A stretch of DNA of 64,000 nucleotides. Origin: Candidatus Bathyarchaeota archaeon (lineage in GTDB: Archaea; Thermoproteota; Bathyarchaeia; 40CM-2-53-6). Where the stretch lies: contig CAVPLU010000003.1 in assembly GCA_963706285.1 (NCBI GenBank), forward strand, positions 96,001 to 160,000, given 5' to 3'. The stretch's first letter is position 1. Each line of letters begins with the position of its first letter. The notes under the pieces are model-generated. The model ran no database searches. It saw nothing but the letters and a program-made list of their open reading frames with translations, and was not told where the DNA came from. The position numbers were made by a program, and so were the translations under genes. This document shows positions 11,018 through 21,753 of the stretch, piece after piece.

Positions 11018-11893
11018 CTATTTTCCTGTATAATGATCAAGGGTCGTTCTCTCGTCGTTCGCGTGGGCGACTCTTCCCTCAATATGGTCCTCTATTCTCT
11101 TCAGCGTCTGCTCGTGCTTGTCATTCGCAAGTCCAAGCATCTTCATCATTTGGATGCAGTTCTCTGGCGCATATCCATGAAAATGGTTGTTGAAGACCCC
11201 GTAACTCTGCTTTGTGTTATTCCGTACCTCCTCAATTTTGGGCAGCCAGTCAGTGAGCTGGTTGTTGGTATACCGGTAGTCATACCAGAGCCCTCGACCT
11301 CTACCGTGCCATCGGACGTACCCAATATCTGAGGTGATGTGGACTTCCGGAGGCAGTAATGGTTCGTCAACAATGCAGTAAGCAGTTTTGTATTTGCTTA
11401 AGGTCGTCCATGTGCTCGACTCTAGCCACGACGGATGCCTGAACTCAACAACGTAGTTGAACCTCCTAGGCAACAAAGCAAGAAATTCCTCAAGAAGCGC
11501 ATCATCGCGCTTCAGCGACGGGGGCAACTGAACGAGCATGCACGCTAACTTGTCTTGCGAGAGCAGGGGATCGAAAAGCTCACAAAACGAATCCAATTCT
11601 ATCTGTGCCTTTTCATCGAGTTTCAGGCGTAGCTCATGAGTGAATTTCTTGTTCATCTTTGCGCTGAAGACAAAGCTTCGAGGCGTATATCGCGTCATAC
11701 CAAGTATCGTTCCTTTTTCTGGGAACCCATAGAAGGATGAGTCGATCTCCACAGTGTCGAAGATCGCGGAGTATTGTTGGAGCATACTCTTGTCAGGGTC
11801 ATACAGTGGGCCAATCCATTCCTTGTACGACCAGCCGGCACATCCTAGCCTAATTGGTGCCTGCTCTCGCTCATGTCCGCCTGACAACAACAT
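11018..11893 (-). CDS. DUF72 family protein
   Basis: GCAGWSY, VEIDSSFY, QLPPS, VEFRHPSW, VRWHGR, YDYRY, FNNH. Confidence 0.92.
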   Translation of the reverse strand: MLLSGGHEREQAPIRLGCAGWSYKEWIGPLYDPDKSMLQQYSAIFDTVEIDSSFYGFPEKGTILGMTRYTPRSFVFSAKMNKKFTHELRLKLDEKAQIELDSFCELFDPLLSQDKLACMLVQLPPSLKRDDALLEEFLALLPRRFNYVVEFRHPSWLESSTWTTLSKYKTAYCIVDEPLLPPEVHITSDIGYVRWHGRGRGLWYDYRYTNNQLTDWLPKIEEVRNNTKQSYGVFNNHFHGYAPENCIQMMKMLGLANDKHEQTLKRIEDHIEGRVAHANDERTTLDHYTGK

Positions 11894-12006
11894 TGCTCCT
11901 TGAGTGTTCGTCTTGGTTGTTGTCGGTGCCTATTGCGGATTTCGGGCAACCCTTAAAGGATCTCACCCGAAGCTTGTCTCGAGTCAGCTGAGACTGGTAG
12001 ACTGGC

Positions 12007-13777
12007 GTGAGATACGAGCAACTTGCAGAGGTCTTCGAGGGAATCGAAGCCACCTCAAAGAGACTGGAAATGACAGACCTCCTGGTCAAGCTGCTCAAAG
12101 AAACCCCGAAGGGTCTCGTAGACAAGGTCGTCTATCTGACTCAAGGAAAGCTCTATCCTGACTTCATGGGCATCGAACTTGGAATGGCAGAGAAGCTGGT
12201 TGAGAAGGCAATATCGTTCGCGTCCGGTCGGACAGAGGCTGAGATTGAATCCGCTTTTCAATCGGACCGGAGACTTGGGGTTGGCAGCGCAAGAGGCGCT
12301 GAAGAAACGATCACAGTCAACCCTCATGAAGAAGGAACTCTCCGTTGAAGCGGTCTACGGAACGTTCGACAAGATTGCTCACTCAACGGGAGATCGTTCG
12401 GTAGATGCGAAAGTCAAACTTCTATCAAGTCTTCTAATTGATGCAAATCCTGTCGAAGCGAAATTCGTAGCACGAATGGCTCTTGGCAAACTGCGAGTTG
12501 GAATCGCTGACATGACTATTCTGGATGCGCTTGCAATCGCATACGCTGGAGGGAAAGAATTTCGAGAATCGTTTGAAAGGGCCTACAATCTGTCATCTGA
12601 CTTGGGATACGTGGCAAAGGTGGTGGCGACAAACGGAGTTGACGGTGTAAAGGACTTCAGGATATCTGTCGGCCGTCCTGTAAGATCAATGCTCTGCGAG
12701 CGTCTCTCTTCAGCCCAAGAGATCCTCACCAAACTGGGAGGCAAGGGATCAGCCGAATACAAGTACGATGGCCTGCGGATCCAAGCTCACATCTCCAAGA
12801 CGAAGGTTCAATTGTTTTCGAGACGATTGGAGAACATCACGAGTCAGTTCCCCGACGTGGCTGAGAGTCTGAGATCCGCGGTGTTGCCACAGCAAGCAAT
12901 TCTTGAAGGAGAATGTGTCGCAGTTGACGCGAACACAGGCGACATGTTACCATTCCAAGTTGTGTCACAAAGGAGAGGACGAAGACACGAGATCGAAACA
13001 ATGGCGGAGGAAGTGCCGGTAACCGTGTTCCTGTTTGATGTTCTCTACGATGACGGCCAAGATTTCACACTTACGCCTTACCCGCAACGGAGAATTGAGC
13101 TCACTAAGATTGTCAGGGAGTCCGATCAGGTCCGCGTTGCGGAACAGCTGATGACTGAGGACGCCGAGGAGCTCGAACGCTATTTCGACAAAGCCGTTTC
13201 TATGGGATGCGAAGGCTTGGTCGTCAAGAGCACTCTTGATGAATCAATCTATCAGGCAGGAGCTCGCGGTTGGCTATGGATCAAGTATAAGAGATCATAC
13301 AGGGCGGAGGTAGCTGATACCTTCGACCTAGTCCCAGTTGGAGCATTTCACGGTAGAGGAAAGAGAGCAGGAACCTACGGCGCACTGCTGATGGCCGTAT
13401 ACGACCCAGAGACCGATCAGTTCGAAACGATATCCAAACTCGGGAGCGGGTTCACAGACGAGGACCTTGAGAAACTGCCCAAGATCCTCAGACAGGATAT
13501 TCTTCCACATAGGCATCCGAGAGTGAGTTCAGAGATGAAAGCGGACCTCTGGTTAACGCCGTCAAAGGTTCTTGAGGTCTCAGCAGACGAGATCACCCTC
13601 TCGCCGCTCCACACGTGCGCGTTAGGTTCGGTCAGGCCTGGTAGCGGACTGGCGCTCAGGTTCCCCAGATTCACAGGCAAATACAGAGACGACAAGTCCC
13701 CAGAGGATGCAACAACGGGTAAGGAAGCGCTTGAGATCTATCATAGGCAACTGAAGAAGATCGAAACTGAGTCATAG
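12007..13777 (+). CDS. lig: ATP-dependent DNA ligase (frameshift near 12260)
   Basis: EYKYDGLR adenylation motif, EGE, EGLVVK, WIKYK, ALRFPRF. N-terminus is in ORF 12007-12348. Confidence 0.95.
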
Positions 13778-13834
13778 TTATGTTTACACGCCATGGATAA
13801 ATTTGCGCAGCTCCAAGTGTAGTGGTCTATCCAT

Positions 13835-14119
13835 TTGAAGATCGCTGTCAAGTATTCGATACCTTTTCGCGAGGACACGGGCGTCAGAGAGGAGACATAT
13901 GAGGTAGACCGGGAATCGATCACCGTTGCGGAAGTGCTTGATCTAGTAGTCGGCAGGCACTCATCCATGAGCAAATTTGTCGACAAAACCAGTGAGGAGG
14001 CGCAAAGACATCAACTTGTCATCGCTGTCAACTCTAGGGTTGTCAGATTGTGTGACGAGATTTATGACGGAGACAGTGTCAGTGTCTTGCTACCCGTAAT
14101 CGGAGGCTACAGGAAATGA
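13835..14119 (+). CDS. MoaD/ThiS ubiquitin-like sulfur carrier
   Basis: Beta-grasp pattern IAVN...DGDSVSVLLPVIGG plus a 3-aa extension. Translationally coupled to AOR. Confidence 0.85.
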   Translation: MKIAVKYSIPFREDTGVREETYEVDRESITVAEVLDLVVGRHSSMSKFVDKTSEEAQRHQLVIAVNSRVVRLCDEIYDGDSVSVLLPVIGGYRK

Positions 14120-15975
14120 TAGGCTCGATTGGAGGATACACGGGGCGGATACTGCATGTGGATCTGTCTGAGCGGAACCAACGTGTGGAAGCCCTCTCAG
14201 AAGGAGAAGCGCGTGCGTATGTCGGCGGCAGCGGTTTGGCAGCGAAACGTCTGTGGGAAATGACAAGTGGAAAGACGGACCCGCTAGGTCCCGAGAATGT
14301 TCTGATTTTCATGACGGGGCCCCTCACAGGGACAAAGGTTCCGCTCTCTGGTCGTCATGAAGTCGTAGCGAAATCCCCGCTTACAGGAATCTATGGAGAA
14401 TGCGATGTCGGGGGAAAATGGGGTACCCAGCTGAAGAAAGCAGGTTTCGATGGAGTAATCATCACAGGAAAGTCAGCTAAGCACACCTACATTTGGATCA
14501 ACGAAAGCGGAGTCGAGGTGCGTGACGCTGAGCACATATGGGGACTCGACACATACGAGGCAAGCGCAATCCTCAGAAAAGAAACTGATCCGAAGGCGAT
14601 TGAGGCGTGCATCGGCCCGGCAGGTGAGCGGCTCGCAAAGATCGCTGCAATAATGCATGATGGTAGAGACGGGAGAGCAGCGGGAAGGTGTGGGCTCGGA
14701 GCGGTTATGGGTTCAAAGAATCTCAAGGCCATCGTGGCAAGCGGTAGCAAAGAGGTTCCAGTGGTCGACGAGAAGAGTATCTCGGAGATGACAAAGAAGC
14801 TCGCGCCGGAGATTCACAAGGGTACGAAACGTCTTACCGATTACGGCACGAGCCAGTTGATGACGACGGTTGAGGAGTTGGGTGACCTGCCAATAAGGAA
14901 CTGGAAGCAAGGCCGCTGGCAGGAGGGCGCTGAGAAACTGTCCGGAGTGACGATGGCTAAAACGATTCTGAAAGGAAGGTACTTCTGTGGAGCTTGTATC
15001 GTGGGTTGCGGTCGGACTGTAGCGGTCGATCATGGGGAGTACGCCGGCATTGACGGAGCGGGCCCCGAGTACGAGAGCATGGCCTTGCTGGGTGCTAACA
15101 CTCTCGTTGACGATCTGGAGGCTGTTGCGAAGGCGCATGAACTCTGCAACAGATATGGTATGGACGTCATATCGACTGGGGCTGTCATTGGTTTCGCCTT
15201 GGAGGCAGTTGAACGGGGGATCCTCAAGAGAGACCGAGACGAAGAGAATGACTTTGCCTGGGGAAACGCCAAGGGTATCGTACGTATGGTCGAGAGGATC
15301 GGCCGCCGTGAAGGTGTAGGGCACCTGCTCGGCGAAGGAGTGATGCGTGCTTCAGCAAAGCTTGGAGGAGGCAGCGAGACCTTTGCGCTCCACGTGAAAG
15401 GGCTGGAACCTCCTGGGCATGATCCGCGTGCCTACAACAGTCTCGCCGTTGGATATGCGACAAGTAATCGCGGAGCGTGCCATCTGCAGGGAATGTCTTA
15501 CGCATTTGAGCGCTCCGCTACGATGCCAGAGCTTGGGATAAACGAGGTTCAAGACAGATTCGGAGTCGTGAAGAAGGGAGAGTTGGTCGCAAAGACGCAA
15601 GATCTAATGTCGCTCTTCGACTCCCTCAAACTCTGCAAATTCCTCATTTATGGAAGCGTGAAAGTGACCCACATACTAGAGTATCTCAACGCCGTCACAG
15701 GTTTGGGAACTAGCCAGGCAGAATTCCTGAGGGCAGGAGAGAGGATCTACAATCTGAAGCGAATGTACGATGTCAGGTGCGGGATCACAAGAAAGGACGA
15801 CACTGTGCCCGCTAGAATGCTTCGAGAGAAGCGCAAAGAGGGCGGAGCCGCAGAGAACCTTCCTCCATATTCTGAGGTACTTGACGAATACTACGAATAC
15901 CGTGGCTGGGATCGGAACGGAATACCAACCAAAACGAAGCTGAGCGAACTAGGACTGGCGCATATGGCTTCATAG
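14116..15975 (+). CDS. aor: Tungsten-dependent aldehyde:ferredoxin oxidoreductase family protein
   Basis: KSPLTG, IGPAGE, GRCGLGAVMGSKNLKA, CGACIVGC, GPEYE, GMDVIS, RGACH. Confidence 0.93.
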   Translation: MIGSIGGYTGRILHVDLSERNQRVEALSEGEARAYVGGSGLAAKRLWEMTSGKTDPLGPENVLIFMTGPLTGTKVPLSGRHEVVAKSPLTGIYGECDVGGKWGTQLKKAGFDGVIITGKSAKHTYIWINESGVEVRDAEHIWGLDTYEASAILRKETDPKAIEACIGPAGERLAKIAAIMHDGRDGRAAGRCGLGAVMGSKNLKAIVASGSKEVPVVDEKSISEMTKKLAPEIHKGTKRLTDYGTSQLMTTVEELGDLPIRNWKQGRWQEGAEKLSGVTMAKTILKGRYFCGACIVGCGRTVAVDHGEYAGIDGAGPEYESMALLGANTLVDDLEAVAKAHELCNRYGMDVISTGAVIGFALEAVERGILKRDRDEENDFAWGNAKGIVRMVERIGRREGVGHLLGEGVMRASAKLGGGSETFALHVKGLEPPGHDPRAYNSLAVGYATSNRGACHLQGMSYAFERSATMPELGINEVQDRFGVVKKGELVAKTQDLMSLFDSLKLCKFLIYGSVKVTHILEYLNAVTGLGTSQAEFLRAGERIYNLKRMYDVRCGITRKDDTVPARMLREKRKEGGAAENLPPYSEVLDEYYEYRGWDRNGIPTKTKLSELGLAHMAS

Positions 15976-16029
15976 AAGCCCAATCGACTGATACTACCTC
16001 GCGATAGACTGGATGGATGACTCAGCAAA

Positions 16030-16566
16030 CTAGGGCGAGGGTTTTAGACCCTGTGCGAGCTCGAGTGCTTTCTCAACCGCTCTTCTTGGATCGGGCTCTG
16101 AGAGAATGCGGACGCTTTTGCGTTCATCCAAGTAAGTCTCTTTTACTTGGTCCGCCACGCCTCCACTTCCGTCAATTGCGATTACAGGTTTTCCCTTGAT
16201 GTACGCAATACAGGTCTCGATTAGGGCACCCGCACCACCAGCGATGATGATCACGGCATCGGCGCTGTAGGCGGTTGCGAAGTCCCTAGCCCAGCCTATG
16301 CCTGTCGCAATTACCACATCACAGTAGGAGTTGGCGTAATGAATATCATCATGAGGAATTATGCCGACAGTTGTCCCATGATTATCCCTCGCACCTCTAC
16401 AAGCCGCTTCCATGACTCCGCCTAGACCACCGGTTATGATCACGGCGCCACGTCTGGCAGCTTCAGCACCAACCTCGTAAGCCAATGCGCGTGCTTCTTC
16501 GGTGCAATGGTCTGCGGCAGACCCTATCACCAACAACTGAACCCTCCTCCCGGATTCTTTCACCAA
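16030..16566 (-). CDS. LOG/TIGR00725-family Rossmann-fold protein
   Basis: TGGLGGVMEAACRGA, TGIGWAR, GGAGALIE. Confidence 0.88.
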   Translation of the reverse strand: MVKESGRRVQLLVIGSAADHCTEEARALAYEVGAEAARRGAVIITGGLGGVMEAACRGARDNHGTTVGIIPHDDIHYANSYCDVVIATGIGWARDFATAYSADAVIIIAGGAGALIETCIAYIKGKPVIAIDGSGGVADQVKETYLDERKSVRILSEPDPRRAVEKALELAQGLKPSP

Positions 16567-16655
16567 TCAGCAGCCTCTCCCTTTCCTATGATTCGCCCAA
16601 GTGCAATACGTTAGTTGCTGCTTCTCGCTCGATAATTCAGCAGTGGGTGAGTGTC

Positions 16656-16751
16656 TCACTTCGTGTTTCGGTATCCGCGCCGTTTGCCGTGTGGTCCATG
16701 AAGTGATCCATGTGGTCGGCGACGCGGTCTTGCCGGTCTTTTCTTTGACAA
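16656..16751 (-). CDS. 31-aa Arg/Lys/His-rich peptide (putative)
   Basis: TTG-started ORF MSKKRPARPRRRPHGSLHGPHGKRRGYRNTK, with an AT-rich CTAAAAT box about 40 nt upstream. Confidence 0.45.
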   Translation of the reverse strand: MSKKRPARPRRRPHGSLHGPHGKRRGYRNTK

Positions 16752-16797
16752 GATGTACCGAAACACTGCTACGATGCGTCCTACATTTTAGAGTTGC

Positions 16798-16974
16798 TCA
16801 ATCGCCTCGATCTAGCTCACGTGAAGACACGACGACGCCATGAGCTAGGCAACGATATACTATCTTGCTATCGCTCTCGAATCTGATCATGAGTTCGGGT
16901 TTCGGATGCATGCAGTTCTTGCGATGAATTAACGGATCAATAGAAGGTGGTTTCGCCAGCAGTATTTCCGACAA
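16798..16974 (-). CDS. 58-aa CxH...CxxH zinc-finger microprotein
   Basis: CMHPKPELMIRFESDSKIVYRCLAHG aligns without gaps to the 41663 ORF. Probable TTG start at 16974. Confidence 0.6.
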   Translation of the reverse strand: MSEILLAKPPSIDPLIHRKNCMHPKPELMIRFESDSKIVYRCLAHGVVVSSRELDRGD

Positions 16975-17079
16975 TGGGATCTGCAAGACAGAAGTCGGTA
17001 TCAGGTCAAAGAGAGTACACATCAGCCAGAATGGATAGATGTCACTATTGCGTAACACCCGCTGCCAGGACGTGCTTCG

Positions 17080-17517
17080 ATGCCCCGCCTTCTCATCCAC
17101 GCCATCATCGGGTTTCCTGTTTCGTTGCTAGTTGCATACTTATCGGGGCCATTAGCCGGACTGGTCTTCTTCATATCAAGTCTTCTCGTCGACATCGATC
17201 ATCTAGTCGGCCACTATTTCATCACGAAAGATTGGACATGGAACGTTAGGAACGAATATGTGAGCATGTCAAAGTGGTGGAAGAGAGTCTCTGTGCTCCC
17301 ATCAGGCGAATTGGAACCAAAGTATCTTCACTGGCAATTCTTGCACAGAATCGAGCCCTGGATTGCGGTCACCTATTTTGCCCCCAACCCATTGAACATG
17401 ATTGGCGCTGGGGCATTGAGCAACATGTTTCTAGACGTGATAGAGTGGCCCAAACGCATCAAGTACATGACAGTGGCGACAGACATAGTGAGATTAGCTC
17501 TCAATTTCAGATCTTAG
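17080..17517 (+). CDS. Membrane-bound metal-dependent hydrolase-like protein (YdjM-like)
   Basis: N-terminal His, two TM helices, LVDIDH, FLH, and a late FLD. Confidence 0.65.
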   Translation: MPRLLIHAIIGFPVSLLVAYLSGPLAGLVFFISSLLVDIDHLVGHYFITKDWTWNVRNEYVSMSKWWKRVSVLPSGELEPKYLHWQFLHRIEPWIAVTYFAPNPLNMIGAGALSNMFLDVIEWPKRIKYMTVATDIVRLALNFRS

Positions 17518-18032
17518 AGTTGTCTTGTTCGATCGGATCACTTGCGTTGGGAATCAGTCTGAGAGACTACGACGATCTTGCAGAGGGGACTCCCAAGCCC
17601 GCCTATGCTGTTGCGTGGCATTCTTCGTGCCGTTCGCACAGCCCAGAGTAAATACCATAATTAGTTGAGTTGATTTCGAGGAGTGCTTCTAAACATGATC
17701 TTGTCCCAAATACTAATGTCCGTTCGCGCCCATACCTCATATTGATCTCCTGGTCACGGAAAAACCCGGCAAGGCATTCGTGACAGAGCTCGCCCAGCGA
17801 TGAGTGGGCGGAATAATAAAGAAAACTAACGTTTGATGGTCGCGTCGTTGCGGCATCCACTCCACACACTAGCCGAACCGTAGCTGAATCTGACTTGCCA
17901 CCATCTCGAACTTCCCCTTGCACTTCAACCCTGCTAGTGTTAGGTGCAGTTGAATCGTCGGCGACGCACATTCCCCCATGCTTTCGACATAGTTATGAGG
18001 ATCACTCTCTAGCTTGGAATTGATCGGAAGCG

Positions 18033-18275
18033 ATGACCTCCACAATCGAAACACCAAGAATCGTAATCGTGGAGGATCTCTGCAAAGGGTGCGGGATCTG
18101 TGTTGAGTTCTGTCCAGTGAAGATACTCAAGATGAGCAGTCAGATGACAAAGAAGGGCATCTATCCGCCGGAGGTCATCGACGCAGCTAGGTGTACCGGT
18201 TGTCGGATATGTCAATACTATTGTCCGGACTTGGCAATATTCGTCATCGGGAGGTCTGGGTCTTCGCGCCCATGA
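18033..18275 (+). CDS. korD: 2-oxoacid:ferredoxin oxidoreductase delta subunit (2x[4Fe-4S])
   Basis: Two CxxCxxCxxxCP motifs. Leads the alpha/beta/gamma operon. Confidence 0.88.
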   Translation: MTSTIETPRIVIVEDLCKGCGICVEFCPVKILKMSSQMTKKGIYPPEVIDAARCTGCRICQYYCPDLAIFVIGRSGSSRP

Positions 18276-19408
18276 AACCTGGCACGTACTTCATGCAAGG
18301 AAACGAAGCTTGCGCCTTAGCCGCGGTTGCTGCAGGCTGTCGATTCTTCGCCTTCTATCCAATCACTCCAGCTGGTGAGATTGCAGAGAAGATGTCTCAG
18401 CTTCTTCCACGAACCCGTGGCGTTTACATTCAGATGGAAGATGAGATTGCTGCAATCGGAAGCGTGATCGGGGCTTCATGGACGGGTCTCAAGGCGATGA
18501 CGGCAACTTCCGGCCCAGGCTTCAGTCTCATGCAGGAGAATATCGGATACGCGGTTATGACTGAGACACCGTGCGTGATTGTCGACGTTCAGCGAGCAGG
18601 ACCAAGCACCGGGATCGTGTCGGCCCCTATGCAAGGTGACGTTGTGCAAGCGAGACGCGGCAGCCATGGAGAGTATGAGATTATCGCTCTCGCTCCCTAC
18701 TCCGCTCAAGAGATGTTTGACCTGACAATACGCGCATTCAACTTGGCCGAGCAGTATAGGACGCCGGTGATCGTGCTTGCCGACGAAACCGTGGCTCACA
18801 TGCGTGAAGAAGTCATGATCCCTGAGGAAAGCTCTCTTGTGATCGCCAACAGAAAAGTACCATCAACCGTAGAGGAAGCCGCTCACGGTTTTCTCGATCC
18901 CTCAGTTGCTCCCATGCCGATCTTTGGCAAAGGGTTCGCTGCTCACGTAACTGGCTCGTCGCATGACGAATTCGGTATGCGTCAAGCAAGCGAGCCTGAA
19001 GCAATTGATAGGATCGTGCGAACGATCCACCAAAAGATAGTGCCTCACACGGACCAGATCTCGGGAACTGAGAGAATGATGCTGGAAGACGCCGAGGTTG
19101 CACTTGTTGCGTACGGAAGCTGTGCAAGGACAGCTGAATACGTCGTGAAACAAGCGCGTAATGAGGGAATCAGAGTTGGACTGCTAAGGCTTATTGGACT
19201 ATGGCCCTTTCCGGCCAGACAAATCAAGGAAGCGCTCAATTCCGTCAAACGAGTCATTGTACTGGAGAACAACCTAGGCCAACTCTTCCCCGAAATCGAG
19301 AGAGTGGTTCCAGAGGGTGCAACAACATCATTCCTCCCTCCGGAAACGCTCGCAACCTTGCACAAACCAGACTATGTGCTGAAGCACGTAATGGGAGAGG
19401 CCCTCTGA
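18272..19408 (+). CDS. korA: 2-oxoacid:ferredoxin oxidoreductase alpha subunit
   Basis: GNEA, YPITP, QMEDEI, TATSGPGFSLMQE, QRAGPSTG. ATG at 18272. Confidence 0.93.
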   Translation: MKPGTYFMQGNEACALAAVAAGCRFFAFYPITPAGEIAEKMSQLLPRTRGVYIQMEDEIAAIGSVIGASWTGLKAMTATSGPGFSLMQENIGYAVMTETPCVIVDVQRAGPSTGIVSAPMQGDVVQARRGSHGEYEIIALAPYSAQEMFDLTIRAFNLAEQYRTPVIVLADETVAHMREEVMIPEESSLVIANRKVPSTVEEAAHGFLDPSVAPMPIFGKGFAAHVTGSSHDEFGMRQASEPEAIDRIVRTIHQKIVPHTDQISGTERMMLEDAEVALVAYGSCARTAEYVVKQARNEGIRVGLLRLIGLWPFPARQIKEALNSVKRVIVLENNLGQLFPEIERVVPEGATTSFLPPETLATLHKPDYVLKHVMGEAL

Positions 19409-20247
19409 GTTTGACTGACGAGAAGCTCCATCCACTCTCGAAATACATACGGAAAGGCGCACAAACACATACCCACTGCCCGGGATGTGGGAATGGAATC
19501 ATTGCACAATCATTTCTGAGAGCGATCGACAAAGCCGGCATCTCAAAGGAGAAGATCGTTTGTGTCGCAGGGATTGGATGTAGCGGCTGGATACCCAGCC
19601 CCTTTTTCGATATCGATACACTGCACGTGACTCATGGACGCCCGATCGCATTCGCTACTGGAGTGAAGCTTGGCAATCCGGAGCTCGAAGTGGTGGTCTT
19701 CACAGGTGACGGAGACGCCTCCGCAATCGGAGGCAATCATCTCATACACGCGGCTCGAAGAAATATCGGCATCAAAGTGATCTGCGTCAACAACATGATT
19801 TATGGAATGACGGGCGGAGAAGCGGCGCCCACCACTCCGCGCGGAATGAAGACAACAACAACTCCGTTTGGAAACTTGGAGAGGCCATTCGACCTGTCGA
19901 AACTGGTCATAGCAGCGGGAGGCACCTACGTTGCCAGATGGACAACATACCATGTCGCAAGTCTGGTCGCATCAATGAAGAAAGCGTTGACCCGGAACGG
20001 CTTCGCTTTCCTCGAAGTCCTATCTCAGTGCCCCGTCCACTTTGGTCGCAGAATAGGGATCACAGATCCTGTCGAGATGATGCGATGGTTCCAGAAACAG
20101 TCCGTCACTATCGAGATGGCACAGGGAATGACGGAACAGGAACTGTCGGACAAGTTCGTTGTAGGTGAATTCCAAGACGTCGAGGCGCCAGAGCTGACCA
20201 GACTCTATGCAGAGCTGTTCGAGGCTGCCAGTCGTGACTCGAACTGA
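19405..20247 (+). CDS. korB: 2-oxoacid:ferredoxin oxidoreductase beta subunit
   Basis: CPGCG, GIGCS, HGR, GDGD TPP motif, NNMIYGMTGG, CP. Confidence 0.93.
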   Translation: MSLTDEKLHPLSKYIRKGAQTHTHCPGCGNGIIAQSFLRAIDKAGISKEKIVCVAGIGCSGWIPSPFFDIDTLHVTHGRPIAFATGVKLGNPELEVVVFTGDGDASAIGGNHLIHAARRNIGIKVICVNNMIYGMTGGEAAPTTPRGMKTTTTPFGNLERPFDLSKLVIAAGGTYVARWTTYHVASLVASMKKALTRNGFAFLEVLSQCPVHFGRRIGITDPVEMMRWFQKQSVTIEMAQGMTEQELSDKFVVGEFQDVEAPELTRLYAELFEAASRDSN

Positions 20248-20792
20248 GATCAGAATCGCAGGCTTCGGTGGCCAAGGCATAATCCTAGCCGGAATCGTCC
20301 TGGGCCAAGCCGCAATCCACGAGGGCAAGAAGGCGGTTCAGACGCAATCCTATGGGGCTGAAACGAGAGGAGGTGCAGCCCGTTCGGAGGTTGTCATCTC
20401 TAATGAGAGGATTGACTATCCAAAAGTGATCTCAGCAGATATCGCCATCACTATGTCTCAGGAATCGTTCGAAAAATACGGGAGTGACACCAAACCAGGA
20501 GGCTCCTTGTTCGTCGACGCAGACCTCGTGACTCATGTCTCAGCTGCAATTAGGGCAACAATCTACCGTGTTCCCGCGACAAAACTGGCCGCTGAAGAAC
20601 TCAAGAAAACGCTGGTTGCCAACATGGTCATGCTAGGTGCAGTTGCTGCAGTCTACGAAATGCGTGGAACTCGACAGCCTCAGAATGAGTCTTGAAGAAG
20701 TCGCGCCGAAGGCATCCGTTGATCTAAATATTCGGGCCTTGGAACGTGGGTTTGAGTGGGCGAGAGCGAATCTCAGAACTCAGTCGATATAG
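20234..20792 (+). CDS. korC: 2-oxoacid:ferredoxin oxidoreductase gamma subunit (frameshift near 20655)
   Basis: GFGGQG, QSYGAETRGG, NMVMLGA. The shifted frame continues ...LNIRALERGFEW to TAG at 20792. Confidence 0.88.
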
Positions 20793-21753
20793 TCAGGCTT
20801 CAAGGGATTTGATTCTCTGGATGAGCTTAGGGACGACTTGATAGAGATCGCCTACTACTCCGTAGTCTGCGATCTTGAAGATCGGGGCCTCCTTATCCTT
20901 GTTGATCGCAACGATCAGTTTTGAACCCATTATCCCGACGGTGTGCTGGATCTGCCCTGAGACTCCAATCGAGAGATTGAGTTTAGGCTTGCATCTCTTG
21001 CCGCTGATCCCGACCATTCTATCCTCAGAGATCCAATGATAATCTGATGACAGCGCTCTTGTGCATCCCAGCTCTCCCCTCATCAGTGAGGAAAGCTCTT
21101 TCATCATTGCCAGATCTTCCTTGTTCACGATGCCCTTTCCCACGCAGATCAGGGTCTCTGCCGATTCTATGTTGGCTGATTCGCCAATTTTCTTCCTACG
21201 TTCAACCAACTGCACACGCTGAGGCGGGATCTTAAGATCCATCTTCTGAGCCTAGCCCTTGCGCGGGACCTTTCTGGGCCTCGAAGGTTCTAGGCATGAT
21301 CGAGACGACTTTCTTCTTGCTTTTGATGATCTCGGATGATACTGTGTTGCCTCCAAGAGCGTATCTATCAACCACTAGGTCTTGGCCTTTCAGTGTCAGA
21401 CCTATCGCATCCGTTATGCAACCGGCTTGGAGTTTCTGTGCCACGCGTCCCGCAGTCTCCTTGCCTAGGCGGGTGGATCTGATCAAGAGCACGTCCGGAC
21501 CGTTTTCTTTGGCGATCTCATATAGTACATTTGCATAGGTCTCCGCATCGAGGGTTCCAAGGTTGCTACTGGGAATCAGGAGGGTTTTCTGTGCGCCGTA
21601 CTCAAAATAGGATTGCACAATCCCATCGTCTCTGTCTCCTAGGATTACTGCAGAGAGTTCCAGGTCGAGCTGTTTGGAGATTTCGCGAGCTTTTGTGAGA
21701 AGCTCGTAGGCGCCTTCGTCTGTCTCCGAAGATACGAGGATTCCAGATGTCAC
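20793..21753 (-). CDS. etfA: Electron transfer flavoprotein alpha subunit (FixB; frameshift near 21245)
   Basis: GKG, GCTR, VGISGK, GVSGQIQHTVG, AINKDKEAPIF. Split over two ORFs. Confidence 0.92.
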
